DNA of 44,831 bases from a virus. Position numbers and translations under genes: made by a program. Under the pieces are notes generated by a model. It worked only from the letters and a program-made list of their open reading frames with translations. It searched no databases and was not told the DNA's origin. The stretch is from positions 1-44,831 of IMG/VR virus record IMGVR_UViG_3300025302_000002, one strand, 5' to 3'. Positions 38,074-44,831 of this stretch are shown piece by piece. Position 1 is the stretch's first letter, and the number at the start of each line of letters is the position of its first letter.

Positions 38074-38107
38074 CGCCCGCCCGGAGAAATCCGTTGGCGG
38101 GCGTTTT
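38074..38107 (+). terminator. Rho-independent terminator about 50 nt downstream of the candidate late promoter
   Basis: Stem CGCCCGCC (38074-38081) / GGCGGGCG (38096-38103), inner CGG/CCG pairs, then TTTT (38104-38107). Confidence 0.65.
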
Positions 38108-38213
38108 CGTTCGCGCGCCCTCAGCCACTCATAGCGCTTATAAGCTCCCCCTGCCGCGTTAAACGCGAGAGCGCTCATCAGGCGAGTGGCGCGCGAAACC
38201 CATTGGAGCCAAC

Positions 38214-38315
38214 ATGACCAAAGCGCAGTTGGAATTTCTCGCCCGCATGATCCGCGACGGCCACGCCAAGCTTGTGGAGCGCAATGGCGTGATCAAGCCG
38301 AAGAGCCTGATTTGA
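38214..38315 (+). CDS. Candidate small protein (33 aa)
   Basis: ATG 38214 follows GGAG. Translation MTKAQLEFLARMIRDGHAKLVERNGVIKPKSLI. Confidence 0.35.
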   Translation: MTKAQLEFLARMIRDGHAKLVERNGVIKPKSLI

Positions 38316-38350
38316 ACTTCGGCATTTCGCCGGCCTTCGAGGAGATCGCC

Positions 38351-38437
38351 ATGATGGTCGAGCACCTTGAGACCGCGGCGTTGATCGTTGCGGCGCTCTT
38401 GGCGGCTGGCTGCCTGGCATGTGAGTGGAGGGCGTGA
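38351..38437 (+). CDS. Candidate 28-aa peptide with a lipobox-like LAAGC
   Basis: ATG 38351 follows GAGGAG. Translation MMVEHLETAALIVAALLAAGCLACEWRA. Confidence 0.35.
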   Translation: MMVEHLETAALIVAALLAAGCLACEWRA

Positions 38438-38601
38438 TGGGCGACGTTCTTTACACGGATTTCCAGAACAAGAACGGCCAGTACACGAAGAACGGCAGCG
38501 GCGTTGATGATCTGAGGTTCCTTCCGGTCGAGGACACCGCGCCGTGCGACATGCCGCCGGTCCAGCCGATCTTCACCGCTCCCGAGCAAGACCCTGCGTG
38601 A
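38437..38601 (+). CDS. Candidate small protein (54 aa)
   Basis: TGATG overlap with the previous micro-ORF. Sequence begins MGDVLYTDFQNKNGQYTKNGSGVDDLRFLP... Confidence 0.35.
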   Translation: MGDVLYTDFQNKNGQYTKNGSGVDDLRFLPVEDTAPCDMPPVQPIFTAPEQDPA

Positions 38602-38668
38602 GACAGACCTGCGCTGGTTCGCGGCGCGGCTTTCGATCGCGGTCGAGGAAACAAGGCGGTTAGGCGGA

Positions 38669-39079
38669 ATGTCAGTCAAGGATTTGCGCCACGCCTTGCA
38701 GGATATCCCGGGCGGCGATGGGCTGACGGTCAGTTACGCGCCAAGTGGCAACCAAGTGATAACGATCGGGGACAAGAGCGTTGAGGTGGGGCCGATGGCC
38801 TCGAATGACGAGATTCGCCTCGCGCTACAAAATCCCTTCATCCGCACGGAGAACACGAAGGTGAGCGTCACTGGCGCCAAATTCCTTGCTGAGCAAATCC
38901 GCAACCAGCTTGCGGCGGCCAAGGCGCAGCTCAACCAGGCTGGTCAGGAGATGACCGATGTTATGGCGGAGTTGCAGGATACGGCGAACGCGGCGACGCA
39001 GCAGGTCAAGGACATCAAGGCTGAGACGGCCGACCTGAAGGCGGCTCTTGGGCTGAACTCGAACGGGGCGCCGGAGTGA
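38669..39079 (+). CDS. Hypothetical protein with a C-terminal coiled coil (136 aa)
   Basis: ORF-track ORF. Heptad-like AAAKAQLNQAGQEMTDVMAELQDTANAATQQVKDIKAETADLKAAL. Confidence 0.6.
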   Translation: MSVKDLRHALQDIPGGDGLTVSYAPSGNQVITIGDKSVEVGPMASNDEIRLALQNPFIRTENTKVSVTGAKFLAEQIRNQLAAAKAQLNQAGQEMTDVMAELQDTANAATQQVKDIKAETADLKAALGLNSNGAPE

Positions 39080-39199
39080 TCAGCGTTTCCCATTGGGGGT
39101 TGTTCCCCCTGTCCATGCGCGAGGGTTCGGCGGCCTGGTACGGGCAGCTTAGGGACGGCTCTGCATGGGCGTCTAACTTCGGGTAGACCCAGTGCTTAA

Positions 39200-39445
39200 A
39201 TGACTAAAACTCTTACAGATATTCGCTCTTTGGCGCGGTCGCATACCGAAACGGCGCTATCTACTCTGGCTGGGATTGCTCAGAACGGAACATCGGAATC
39301 GGCGCGCGTTGCCGCATCAGTTGCGTTGCTTGACCGGGGCTGGGGTAAGCCAACTCAGCCGATCAGCGGAGACGACGATGGGCCGCCGATCCAGATCACC
39401 AAGATTGAGTTGATTGGTGTCCGTCCCCCAGCTCAGGATTCCTGA
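39200..39445 (+). CDS. terS: Putative terminase small subunit (81 aa)
   Basis: ARVAASVALLDRGWGKPTQ is a motif common in small terminase subunits. It overlaps the terL start. Confidence 0.55.
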   Translation: MTKTLTDIRSLARSHTETALSTLAGIAQNGTSESARVAASVALLDRGWGKPTQPISGDDDGPPIQITKIELIGVRPPAQDS

Positions 39446-40730
39446 CAAACTCGTCCCTGTCTTCACGGGCGAGGCTATGTACCGCGGCGCTTATGGTGGC
39501 CGTGGATCGGCAAAGACAAGAACGTTTGCAAAGATGGCCGCTGTCCGCGGCTTGATGTTCGCAGAGGCTGGCCAAGACGGCGTCATCGTCTGCGGGCGAG
39601 AGTTTATGAACTCGCTGGATGATAGCTCGCTCGCCGAGGTCAAAGCGGCGATTCTCGAAGAGCCGTGGTTGCTGGCAAAGTACGATGTCGGTGAGAAGTA
39701 TGTCCGGACAAGGGACGGGCGCATTAGCTTCGCCTTCGTCGGGTTGCGCCACAACCTGGACAGCATCAAGTCGAAGGCCAAGATCCGCCTGTTGTGGGTG
39801 GATGAGGCCGAGCCCGTGTCCGAGACAGCGTGGGCCAAGGCAATCCCGACCGTGCGCGAAGAGGGCGCTGAAATCTGGGTGACGTGGAACCCGGAACGCA
39901 AGAAGAGCGCAACACACAAGCGCTTTCGTGAAGACCCGCCAACGGGCGCCAAGATCGTGCAAATGAACTGGCGCGATAACCCGTGGTTCAGCAAGACCCG
40001 TCTGGTCCAAACCAGGTTAGACGATCTGGCGAAGCGCCCTGACCAGTATGAGCACGTCTGGGAGGGCGACTTTGTGACGGCAATCGAGGGCGCTTACTAC
40101 GCGCCATTCCTGACAAGGGCACGAGAGCAAAAGCGCATCACGCGGGTTGCGTTCGATCCGATCATGCGGGTGCGGGTGTATGTCGATATCGGAGGAACGG
40201 GCGCCAAGGCCGACGCCTTCGCAATGTGGCCGGCACAGTTTATCGACCGGGAGATACGCACCCGGGACTATTACGAGGCCCAAGGCCAGCCGTTGGCAAC
40301 GCACATTCGCTGGCTGCACTCCAAGGGCTACACGCCTGATGTTGCTGATATCTATCTGCCACATGACGGCGCAACTAACGAAAAGATCATTGATGCGTCG
40401 TTTGAGAGCGCGTTTAGGGCGGCTTCGTACTCGGTCACGGTAATCCCGAACCAGGGCAAGGGCGCCGCTAAGCAGCGCATTGAGGCCGGCCGGCGCGTGT
40501 TTGACTCGATCTGGTTCGATGAAGAGACAACTCAAGATGGGCGCGACGCGCTTGGTTGGTATCACGAAAAGAAGTCGGATGACGACAGAGAGGCATTGCT
40601 TGGACCCGAACACGATTGGTCTTCACACGGCGCGGACGCCTTCGGCCTGATGTGCGTTTCCTATGAAGACCCGGCTCGGACAAAGAGCTTCAATCGGCCG
40701 CTGCGCTACGCAAATCAGGGCTACGCCTGA
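39414..40730 (+). CDS. terL: Terminase large subunit (438 aa, TTG start; PBSX/headful-type by pattern)
   Basis: Walker A YGGRGSAKT, LLWVDEAE (Walker B-like) and C-terminal nuclease-region Asp residues. Followed by the portal gene. Confidence 0.9.
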   Translation: MVSVPQLRIPDKLVPVFTGEAMYRGAYGGRGSAKTRTFAKMAAVRGLMFAEAGQDGVIVCGREFMNSLDDSSLAEVKAAILEEPWLLAKYDVGEKYVRTRDGRISFAFVGLRHNLDSIKSKAKIRLLWVDEAEPVSETAWAKAIPTVREEGAEIWVTWNPERKKSATHKRFREDPPTGAKIVQMNWRDNPWFSKTRLVQTRLDDLAKRPDQYEHVWEGDFVTAIEGAYYAPFLTRAREQKRITRVAFDPIMRVRVYVDIGGTGAKADAFAMWPAQFIDREIRTRDYYEAQGQPLATHIRWLHSKGYTPDVADIYLPHDGATNEKIIDASFESAFRAASYSVTVIPNQGKGAAKQRIEAGRRVFDSIWFDEETTQDGRDALGWYHEKKSDDDREALLGPEHDWSSHGADAFGLMCVSYEDPARTKSFNRPLRYANQGYA

Positions 40731-41296
40731 TGGCTCAGATGTCCTCGCTCGACCTCAAGGCCATGCTGGCTGCTCAGAAGGCCGATGCGCTGGCGGCCAT
40801 GAGCGCGGCTGAGCTGGCCGAAGAGCGCGCCGATGCCATGGATTACTACCTTGGCAACATGGAAAAGGACATGCCGGCGCAGGCTGGCCGCTCCAAGGCT
40901 GTCTCGACCGATGTTGCCGACACCATCGAGGGCCTGATGCCCAACCTGATGGACATCTTCGCTGGCTCCGATGAGGTTGTCCGCTTCGAGCCGGTTGGCC
41001 CGGAAGACGAGGAGGCGGCGCAGCAAGAGACCGACTACGTGAACCATGTGTTCATGCAGCAGAATCCCGGCTTCATGGTCCTCTATTCCTTCATCAAGGA
41101 CGCGCTGCTCTCGAAGGTGGGCATCGTCAAGGTTTGGTGGGAAGAGACCGAGCAGGAAGAGCGCGAGACCTATTATGGGATGAGCGACGAAGAATTCGCC
41201 AAGCTGGCGAAGCAGGTCGTGGACTCCAATGGAGCCATGAAAATTATCGAGCACAGCATCCACAACCCTGCTGTTGCCGATGAGGCGACTAGCTGA
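40730..41296 (+). CDS. Portal protein, N-terminal fragment encoded as a separate ORF (188 aa)
   Basis: ATGA overlap with terL. The motifs AMDYYLGNM, SKAVSTDVADTIEGLMPNLMDIF, QQETDYVNHVF and KDALLSKVGIVKVWWEE are typical of portal N-termini as I recall them. Confidence 0.7.
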   Translation: MAQMSSLDLKAMLAAQKADALAAMSAAELAEERADAMDYYLGNMEKDMPAQAGRSKAVSTDVADTIEGLMPNLMDIFAGSDEVVRFEPVGPEDEEAAQQETDYVNHVFMQQNPGFMVLYSFIKDALLSKVGIVKVWWEETEQEERETYYGMSDEEFAKLAKQVVDSNGAMKIIEHSIHNPAVADEATS

Positions 41297-43065
41297 TGGA
41301 CGCCATGGCGCCGCCGGCAATGATGTCTGTCGTTGGTGGTCCCAACGGTCCCGGCATGTCTGATGGTTCGTCTTTTGCGGCGATAACGCATGACGTGACG
41401 ATCGTCACCACCAAGAAGCTTGCCCAGGCCAAGGTGATGGGCGTGCCCCCCGAGGAGTTCGGGATCGAGCGCGGCGCCCGCAGCATCCGGGATAGCAATT
41501 ATTGCTTCCACGAGGTCGTGACCAAGACCGAGGGGCAACTGATCGCGGAGGGCTTTGACGAGGCCCAGATCAAGGCGCTTTCGCCCTATACGGGCAATAC
41601 CGATATTGAGACGATCTCCCGCGATACCGTGAACGAGCATTTCGGCTCGAGCGATGTCAACAAGGCGGCGCGCTTGGTCAAGATCACCGAGCACTATGTT
41701 CGGATGGACTACGAGGGCAATGGCCGCCCCTGCCTCTACCAGGTGATCACTGGCGGGGATCAGGGCGAGATCCTGCGCAAGGACGGCAAGGATTGCATTG
41801 AGCCGTTCGACGCGATGCCGTTTGCCGCAACCACTCCGGTTCCGGTTACGCATCGGTTCTTCGGCCGATCGATCGCCGATCTGGTGATGGACATTCAGCG
41901 TGTGAAGACTGCGCTCATGCGGGGCATGCTGGACAACCTTTACCTGCACAACAACCCGCGCGTTGAGGTCGCCGAAGCCAATGCCGGTCCTAACACTCTG
42001 GATGATCTACTGGTCAGCCGCCCAGGTGGCGTTGTCCGCACTAAGACTGCCGGCGGACTTAACTGGCAGGTAGTCCCCGATATCACGTCGAGCGTTTACC
42101 CTGCGCTGCAGTACCTGGACGCGACCCGAGAAACCCGCACGGGCCTGTCCAATCAGTCTCAGGGCATCGACGCCAATGCATTGCAGAACCAGTCGGCAAC
42201 GGCTGTTGCGCAGGTGTTTTCGGCGTCCCAGATGCGCATGAAGCTGATTGCCCGTATCGTGGCCGAGGGCGTGCGGGATATGTTCTCGCTGCTCCATGGC
42301 ACGATCAGGAAGCACGGCCAGCAGGCTCAGACGGTGCGCTTGCGCAATTCCTGGGTTCAGGTCGATCCGCGAGAGTGGAAGACCCGCAACGATATGACGA
42401 TCAACGTCGGCCTCGGGACCGGCGGCAAGGCTCAGCAGTTCGCCCAGACCATGGCCCTGGCCAACTTCCAGAAGGAATTGCTGGCGGGCGGCAAGGCCCA
42501 CATGGTCGGCGACGACAAGCTGTTCAACACGGCGTCTGAGTTGACCAAGATCATGGGGCACAAGAACCCCGACAAGTTCTTTGACGATCCGAGCGCGAAA
42601 GATCCGCAGACCGGCCAATTGCTGCATCCGGCTCAGCCGCCGCAGCCGCCCGAGTCCGTGCAGGTCGCCCAGATCAAGGCGCAGACTGACCAGCAGAACA
42701 TGCAGGTTCAGGCCCAGTTGGACGCGCAGGCCGACCAGCGCAAGGCCCAGATCGAGACGACACAGGCGCAGGCCGACATCGCGACCCAGGACCGCAAGAC
42801 CAATGCGGAGATGGTGCAGGCTCAGCAGAAGTTCGAGATGGACAAGGAGCTTGCCATCCTCGAATTCCAGCTGCAGCGCGAATTGAAGATGGCTGAGCTG
42901 CAGATGAAGCAGCAGCAGCACGACCAGCAGATGGCCCAGCAGGCCGAGCAGCATCGCCAGCAGATGGAGGCGGGCGTATTCAAGGTGGCTCAGGGCCAGC
43001 AGGCGCACGAGCAGAAGATGGAAGCGGCGCAGCAGTCCGCCAAGCAGCCGAAGGGTGGCGAGTGA
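41296..43065 (+). CDS. Portal protein, main body with a Gln-rich C-terminal helical barrel (589 aa)
   Basis: TGATG overlap with the previous ORF. VMGVPPEEFGIERGARS, conserved core, and a long Q/A/E-rich C-terminus reminiscent of the P22 gp1 barrel. Confidence 0.8.
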   Translation: MDAMAPPAMMSVVGGPNGPGMSDGSSFAAITHDVTIVTTKKLAQAKVMGVPPEEFGIERGARSIRDSNYCFHEVVTKTEGQLIAEGFDEAQIKALSPYTGNTDIETISRDTVNEHFGSSDVNKAARLVKITEHYVRMDYEGNGRPCLYQVITGGDQGEILRKDGKDCIEPFDAMPFAATTPVPVTHRFFGRSIADLVMDIQRVKTALMRGMLDNLYLHNNPRVEVAEANAGPNTLDDLLVSRPGGVVRTKTAGGLNWQVVPDITSSVYPALQYLDATRETRTGLSNQSQGIDANALQNQSATAVAQVFSASQMRMKLIARIVAEGVRDMFSLLHGTIRKHGQQAQTVRLRNSWVQVDPREWKTRNDMTINVGLGTGGKAQQFAQTMALANFQKELLAGGKAHMVGDDKLFNTASELTKIMGHKNPDKFFDDPSAKDPQTGQLLHPAQPPQPPESVQVAQIKAQTDQQNMQVQAQLDAQADQRKAQIETTQAQADIATQDRKTNAEMVQAQQKFEMDKELAILEFQLQRELKMAELQMKQQQHDQQMAQQAEQHRQQMEAGVFKVAQGQQAHEQKMEAAQQSAKQPKGGE

Positions 43066-43361
43066 CCGACGAAACCGCCCTCAACAAGGCCGCGGCGAGG
43101 GCTACCAGAGCGCAAAAGCTTCTGGACGATGAATTGCTAGGCGAAGCGTTCACCTCGCTGGAAAGCGCTTATATCGCCGCCTGGCGGGCTACCACGATCG
43201 AGGACATCACTGGCCGGGAGAAGCTGTTCTTCGCCATCAACGTAGTCGGGAAGGTGAGGGATCACCTCACCAAGGTCGTGAGCGACGGAAAGCTTGCGCA
43301 GGCGGAATTGAAGCAGCTTGCGGAGACGGCCGAGCGCAAGAAGCGTTTCGGCATCATCTAA
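43062..43361 (+). CDS. Hypothetical head-assembly protein (99 aa)
   Basis: GTGA overlap with the portal stop. Helical. Lies between portal and scaffold. Confidence 0.55.
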   Translation: MTDETALNKAAARATRAQKLLDDELLGEAFTSLESAYIAAWRATTIEDITGREKLFFAINVVGKVRDHLTKVVSDGKLAQAELKQLAETAERKKRFGII

Positions 43362-43376
43362 CACAAGGAACATCAT

Positions 43377-44450
43377 TTGAGCGACGAAACCAGCGCCCCT
43401 GCTGGCGGCGATGCTATTGCCGTCATCACCCCGGCGCCTGAGACCAGCGAAAACCTTTCGATCTCTCAGGCTGCCAAGGCACTTGCAGCAGCCCGGCACA
43501 AGCCGAAAGAAACATCCGCTCCCGTCGAGCCACCCGCTCCGGTCGAGCAGCCCGAATTGGCGCAAGCCAACGCCGCCCCTCGTGCAGAGGTTCCCGGCGA
43601 ACCGACTGAAGCAGCCGAACCGGCAGATTTGCCGCCCATCGAGCCGCCGAGGTCTTGGACGCAGGCAGAGAAGGAGCGTTTCCAGTCCTTGCCTCGTGAG
43701 ACGCAGGAATACCTGCATTCTCGCGAACAGGAGAGGGAGCGGGAATTCCGCCGAGGTCAGAACGAAATCGCTGAACAGCGCAAGGCCATCGAGGCCGAGC
43801 GCCAGAAGGCGGAACAGGCAAGGCAACAGTACGAGGCCAAGCTTCCCTCGCTCCTGAATGAGCTGGAGAGCGTCAACCAGGCGCAATTCGGCGACATCAG
43901 GACGATGGACGACTTGGTCAAGCTCCAGGCTGAAGACCCGTTCCGGTTTCAGGCATGGCAGGTGCACCAGATGCGCTTGCAGGCCGCGAAGCAGGAGGCG
44001 GAGAAAGCCGAGTCGGAGAAGTCGGTCGCTGAGCAATCCAAATGGGCGCTACACATCCAGGAGGAGAACGCGAAGGCCGCCGAATTCATTCCGGAGCTTG
44101 CAGACAAGGCCAAGGGCTCCGCGCTCGTGCAGCGCGTGTCTGAACTACTCCCCGAATTGGGCTTCAAGGACAGCGAACTCGCAGAGTTGGCGAGCGGCAA
44201 ATCGAAACTGTCGATTTACGATCACCGCATCCAGCGACTCCTCGCGGACTCCCTGCAGCTCCGGGACATTCAGAAGGCCAAGACGACCGTTACCGCCAAA
44301 CCCGTTCCCCCCGTACAGCGGCCCGGAACTGCAAGGCCCGCAGGCTCTGCTGTTTCTGAGCAAATCCAAGCCCTCACCCGAAAACTCGATCAGACCGGCG
44401 ATCTCAAGGTGGCGCAGCAACTGCGTGCGCTCCAATCGCGCCGGAAATAG
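43377..44450 (+). CDS. Putative scaffolding protein (357 aa, TTG start)
   Basis: Pro/Ala/Glu-rich N-terminus, then a long charged coiled-coil region. Lies immediately upstream of the capsid gene. Confidence 0.55.
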   Translation: MSDETSAPAGGDAIAVITPAPETSENLSISQAAKALAAARHKPKETSAPVEPPAPVEQPELAQANAAPRAEVPGEPTEAAEPADLPPIEPPRSWTQAEKERFQSLPRETQEYLHSREQEREREFRRGQNEIAEQRKAIEAERQKAEQARQQYEAKLPSLLNELESVNQAQFGDIRTMDDLVKLQAEDPFRFQAWQVHQMRLQAAKQEAEKAESEKSVAEQSKWALHIQEENAKAAEFIPELADKAKGSALVQRVSELLPELGFKDSELAELASGKSKLSIYDHRIQRLLADSLQLRDIQKAKTTVTAKPVPPVQRPGTARPAGSAVSEQIQALTRKLDQTGDLKVAQQLRALQSRRK

Positions 44451-44459
44451 GAGACTACA

Positions 44460-44831
44460 ATGGCTGTTGATGCAGATACCTTCCTCACTTACGACGCGAT
44501 CGGCAATCGCGAAGACCTCTCCGATGTGATCTATCGCATTGATCCGACCGACACCCCGTTCATGACCGGTGCCGAGCGCGAGAAAGCGACCGCCGTCAAT
44601 CACGAATGGCAGACCCAGGCTCTGGCCGCTGTCAACACCTCCAATGCGGTGCTCGAAGGCGACGACGCCACGACCGATGCTGCGACCCCGACTGTCCGTC
44701 TCGGCAACATCTGCCAGATCTCGGACAAGGTGGCCCGCGTGTCCGGCACCCAGCAGGCGGTTGATCATGCCGGCCGCGACAACGAACTCGCCTATCAAGA
44801 AATGCTGAAGGGCCTTGAGCTCAAGCGCGAC
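44460..44831 (+). CDS. Major capsid protein, N-terminal part (runs off the window end; continues at nt 128 after the overlap)
   Basis: ATG 44460 follows AGGAGA. No stop before the window end. The last 127 nt duplicate nt 1-127 in the same frame as 2..715. Confidence 0.8.
   Translation, partial: MAVDADTFLTYDAIGNREDLSDVIYRIDPTDTPFMTGAEREKATAVNHEWQTQALAAVNTSNAVLEGDDATTDAATPTVRLGNICQISDKVARVSGTQQAVDHAGRDNELAYQEMLKGLELKRD
44705..44831. repeat. Terminal overlap, copy 2 (identical to 1-127)
   Basis: Base-by-base identity with the window start. Confidence 0.95.

Larger units (their letters stand above)
1..44704. mobile_element. Complete circular genome of a temperate, lambdoid-organised, podovirus-like phage (unit length 44704 nt)
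   Basis: nt 1-127 are identical to nt 44705-44831 and the capsid ORF reads in frame across that junction. Integrase/excisionase, CI-Cro switch, recombination, replication, terminase-portal-scaffold-capsid, tail/ejection and lysis modules are all present. No tape-measure or sheath gene seen. Confidence 0.8.

Noticed and set aside
39080-39199. 120-nt gap before terS examined for a cos/pac hairpin, tRNA-like fold or small ORF (GGGGG-TTGTT-CCCCC hairpin at 39095-39109; a 23-codon ORF).
   Set aside because: No T-tract, no cloverleaf and no SD. The terminase looks like a headful type, so a discrete cos site is not expected. Nothing supportable.
41290-41298. Programmed -1 ribosomal frameshift or stop-codon read-through joining the two portal ORFs.
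   Set aside because: The downstream frame has TAG at 41290-41292, so only one sense codon overlaps. There is no slippery heptamer. Reading through TGA in the upstream frame meets another stop after 8 codons.

Overview
The window is one complete, circularly closed phage genome. Nt 1-127 are identical to nt 44705-44831, which gives a unit length of 44704 nt, and the major capsid ORF reads in frame across that junction. The phage is temperate, lambdoid in layout and podovirus-like: I see no tape-measure or sheath gene, but there are three consecutive ejection-type proteins and a virion transglycosylase. GC is high, roughly 60 percent by eye. The host is probably an alphaproteobacterium, inferred from a GcrA homologue and a GTA-type holin-like protein.

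Layout on the + strand:
- capsid C-terminal part and head/adaptor genes: 2-2610
- tail fibres, hub and ejection proteins: 2607-12474
- SAR-endolysin lysis cassette plus extra membrane proteins: 12630-14709
- nucleic-acid-enzyme cargo ending at an intrinsic terminator: 14710-16277
- an SGNH-esterase gene: 16495-17652

The - strand then carries:
- a lambda-b-region-like arm of about 20 small unknown ORFs: 17665-21753
- tRNA-Gly(UCC), an XF1762/Mom-like GNAT gene and a putative attP region
- integrase and an excisionase-like gene: 22526-24051
- a long early-left operon (Rad52-like annealase, SSB, NinB, HNH-like) up to pL/OL: 24148-31255

A CI (HTH plus S24 peptidase) / Cro switch lies at 31308-32299. 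The early-right operon at 33318-38001 encodes a Myb-like protein, GcrA-like protein, RusA, an MT-A70 methyltransferase, an initiator with in-gene iterons and a Q-position regulator. It is followed by a late promoter/terminator unit, terS, terL, a portal split into two ORFs, scaffold and the capsid N-terminal part (38022-44831). I found no rRNA, CRISPR array or transposase.

The observations most worth follow-up are:
- an unlisted ribbon-helix-helix gene with overlapping divergent promoters and twin palindromes, resembling P22 immI
- the two-ORF portal
- the unknown accessory arm, including an Acr/Aca-like operon and a beta-grasp-like ORF
- a reverse-oriented cassette between cro and the replication genes
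- the post-lysis enzyme cargo

All family assignments come from motif recognition by eye and need a database search to confirm.
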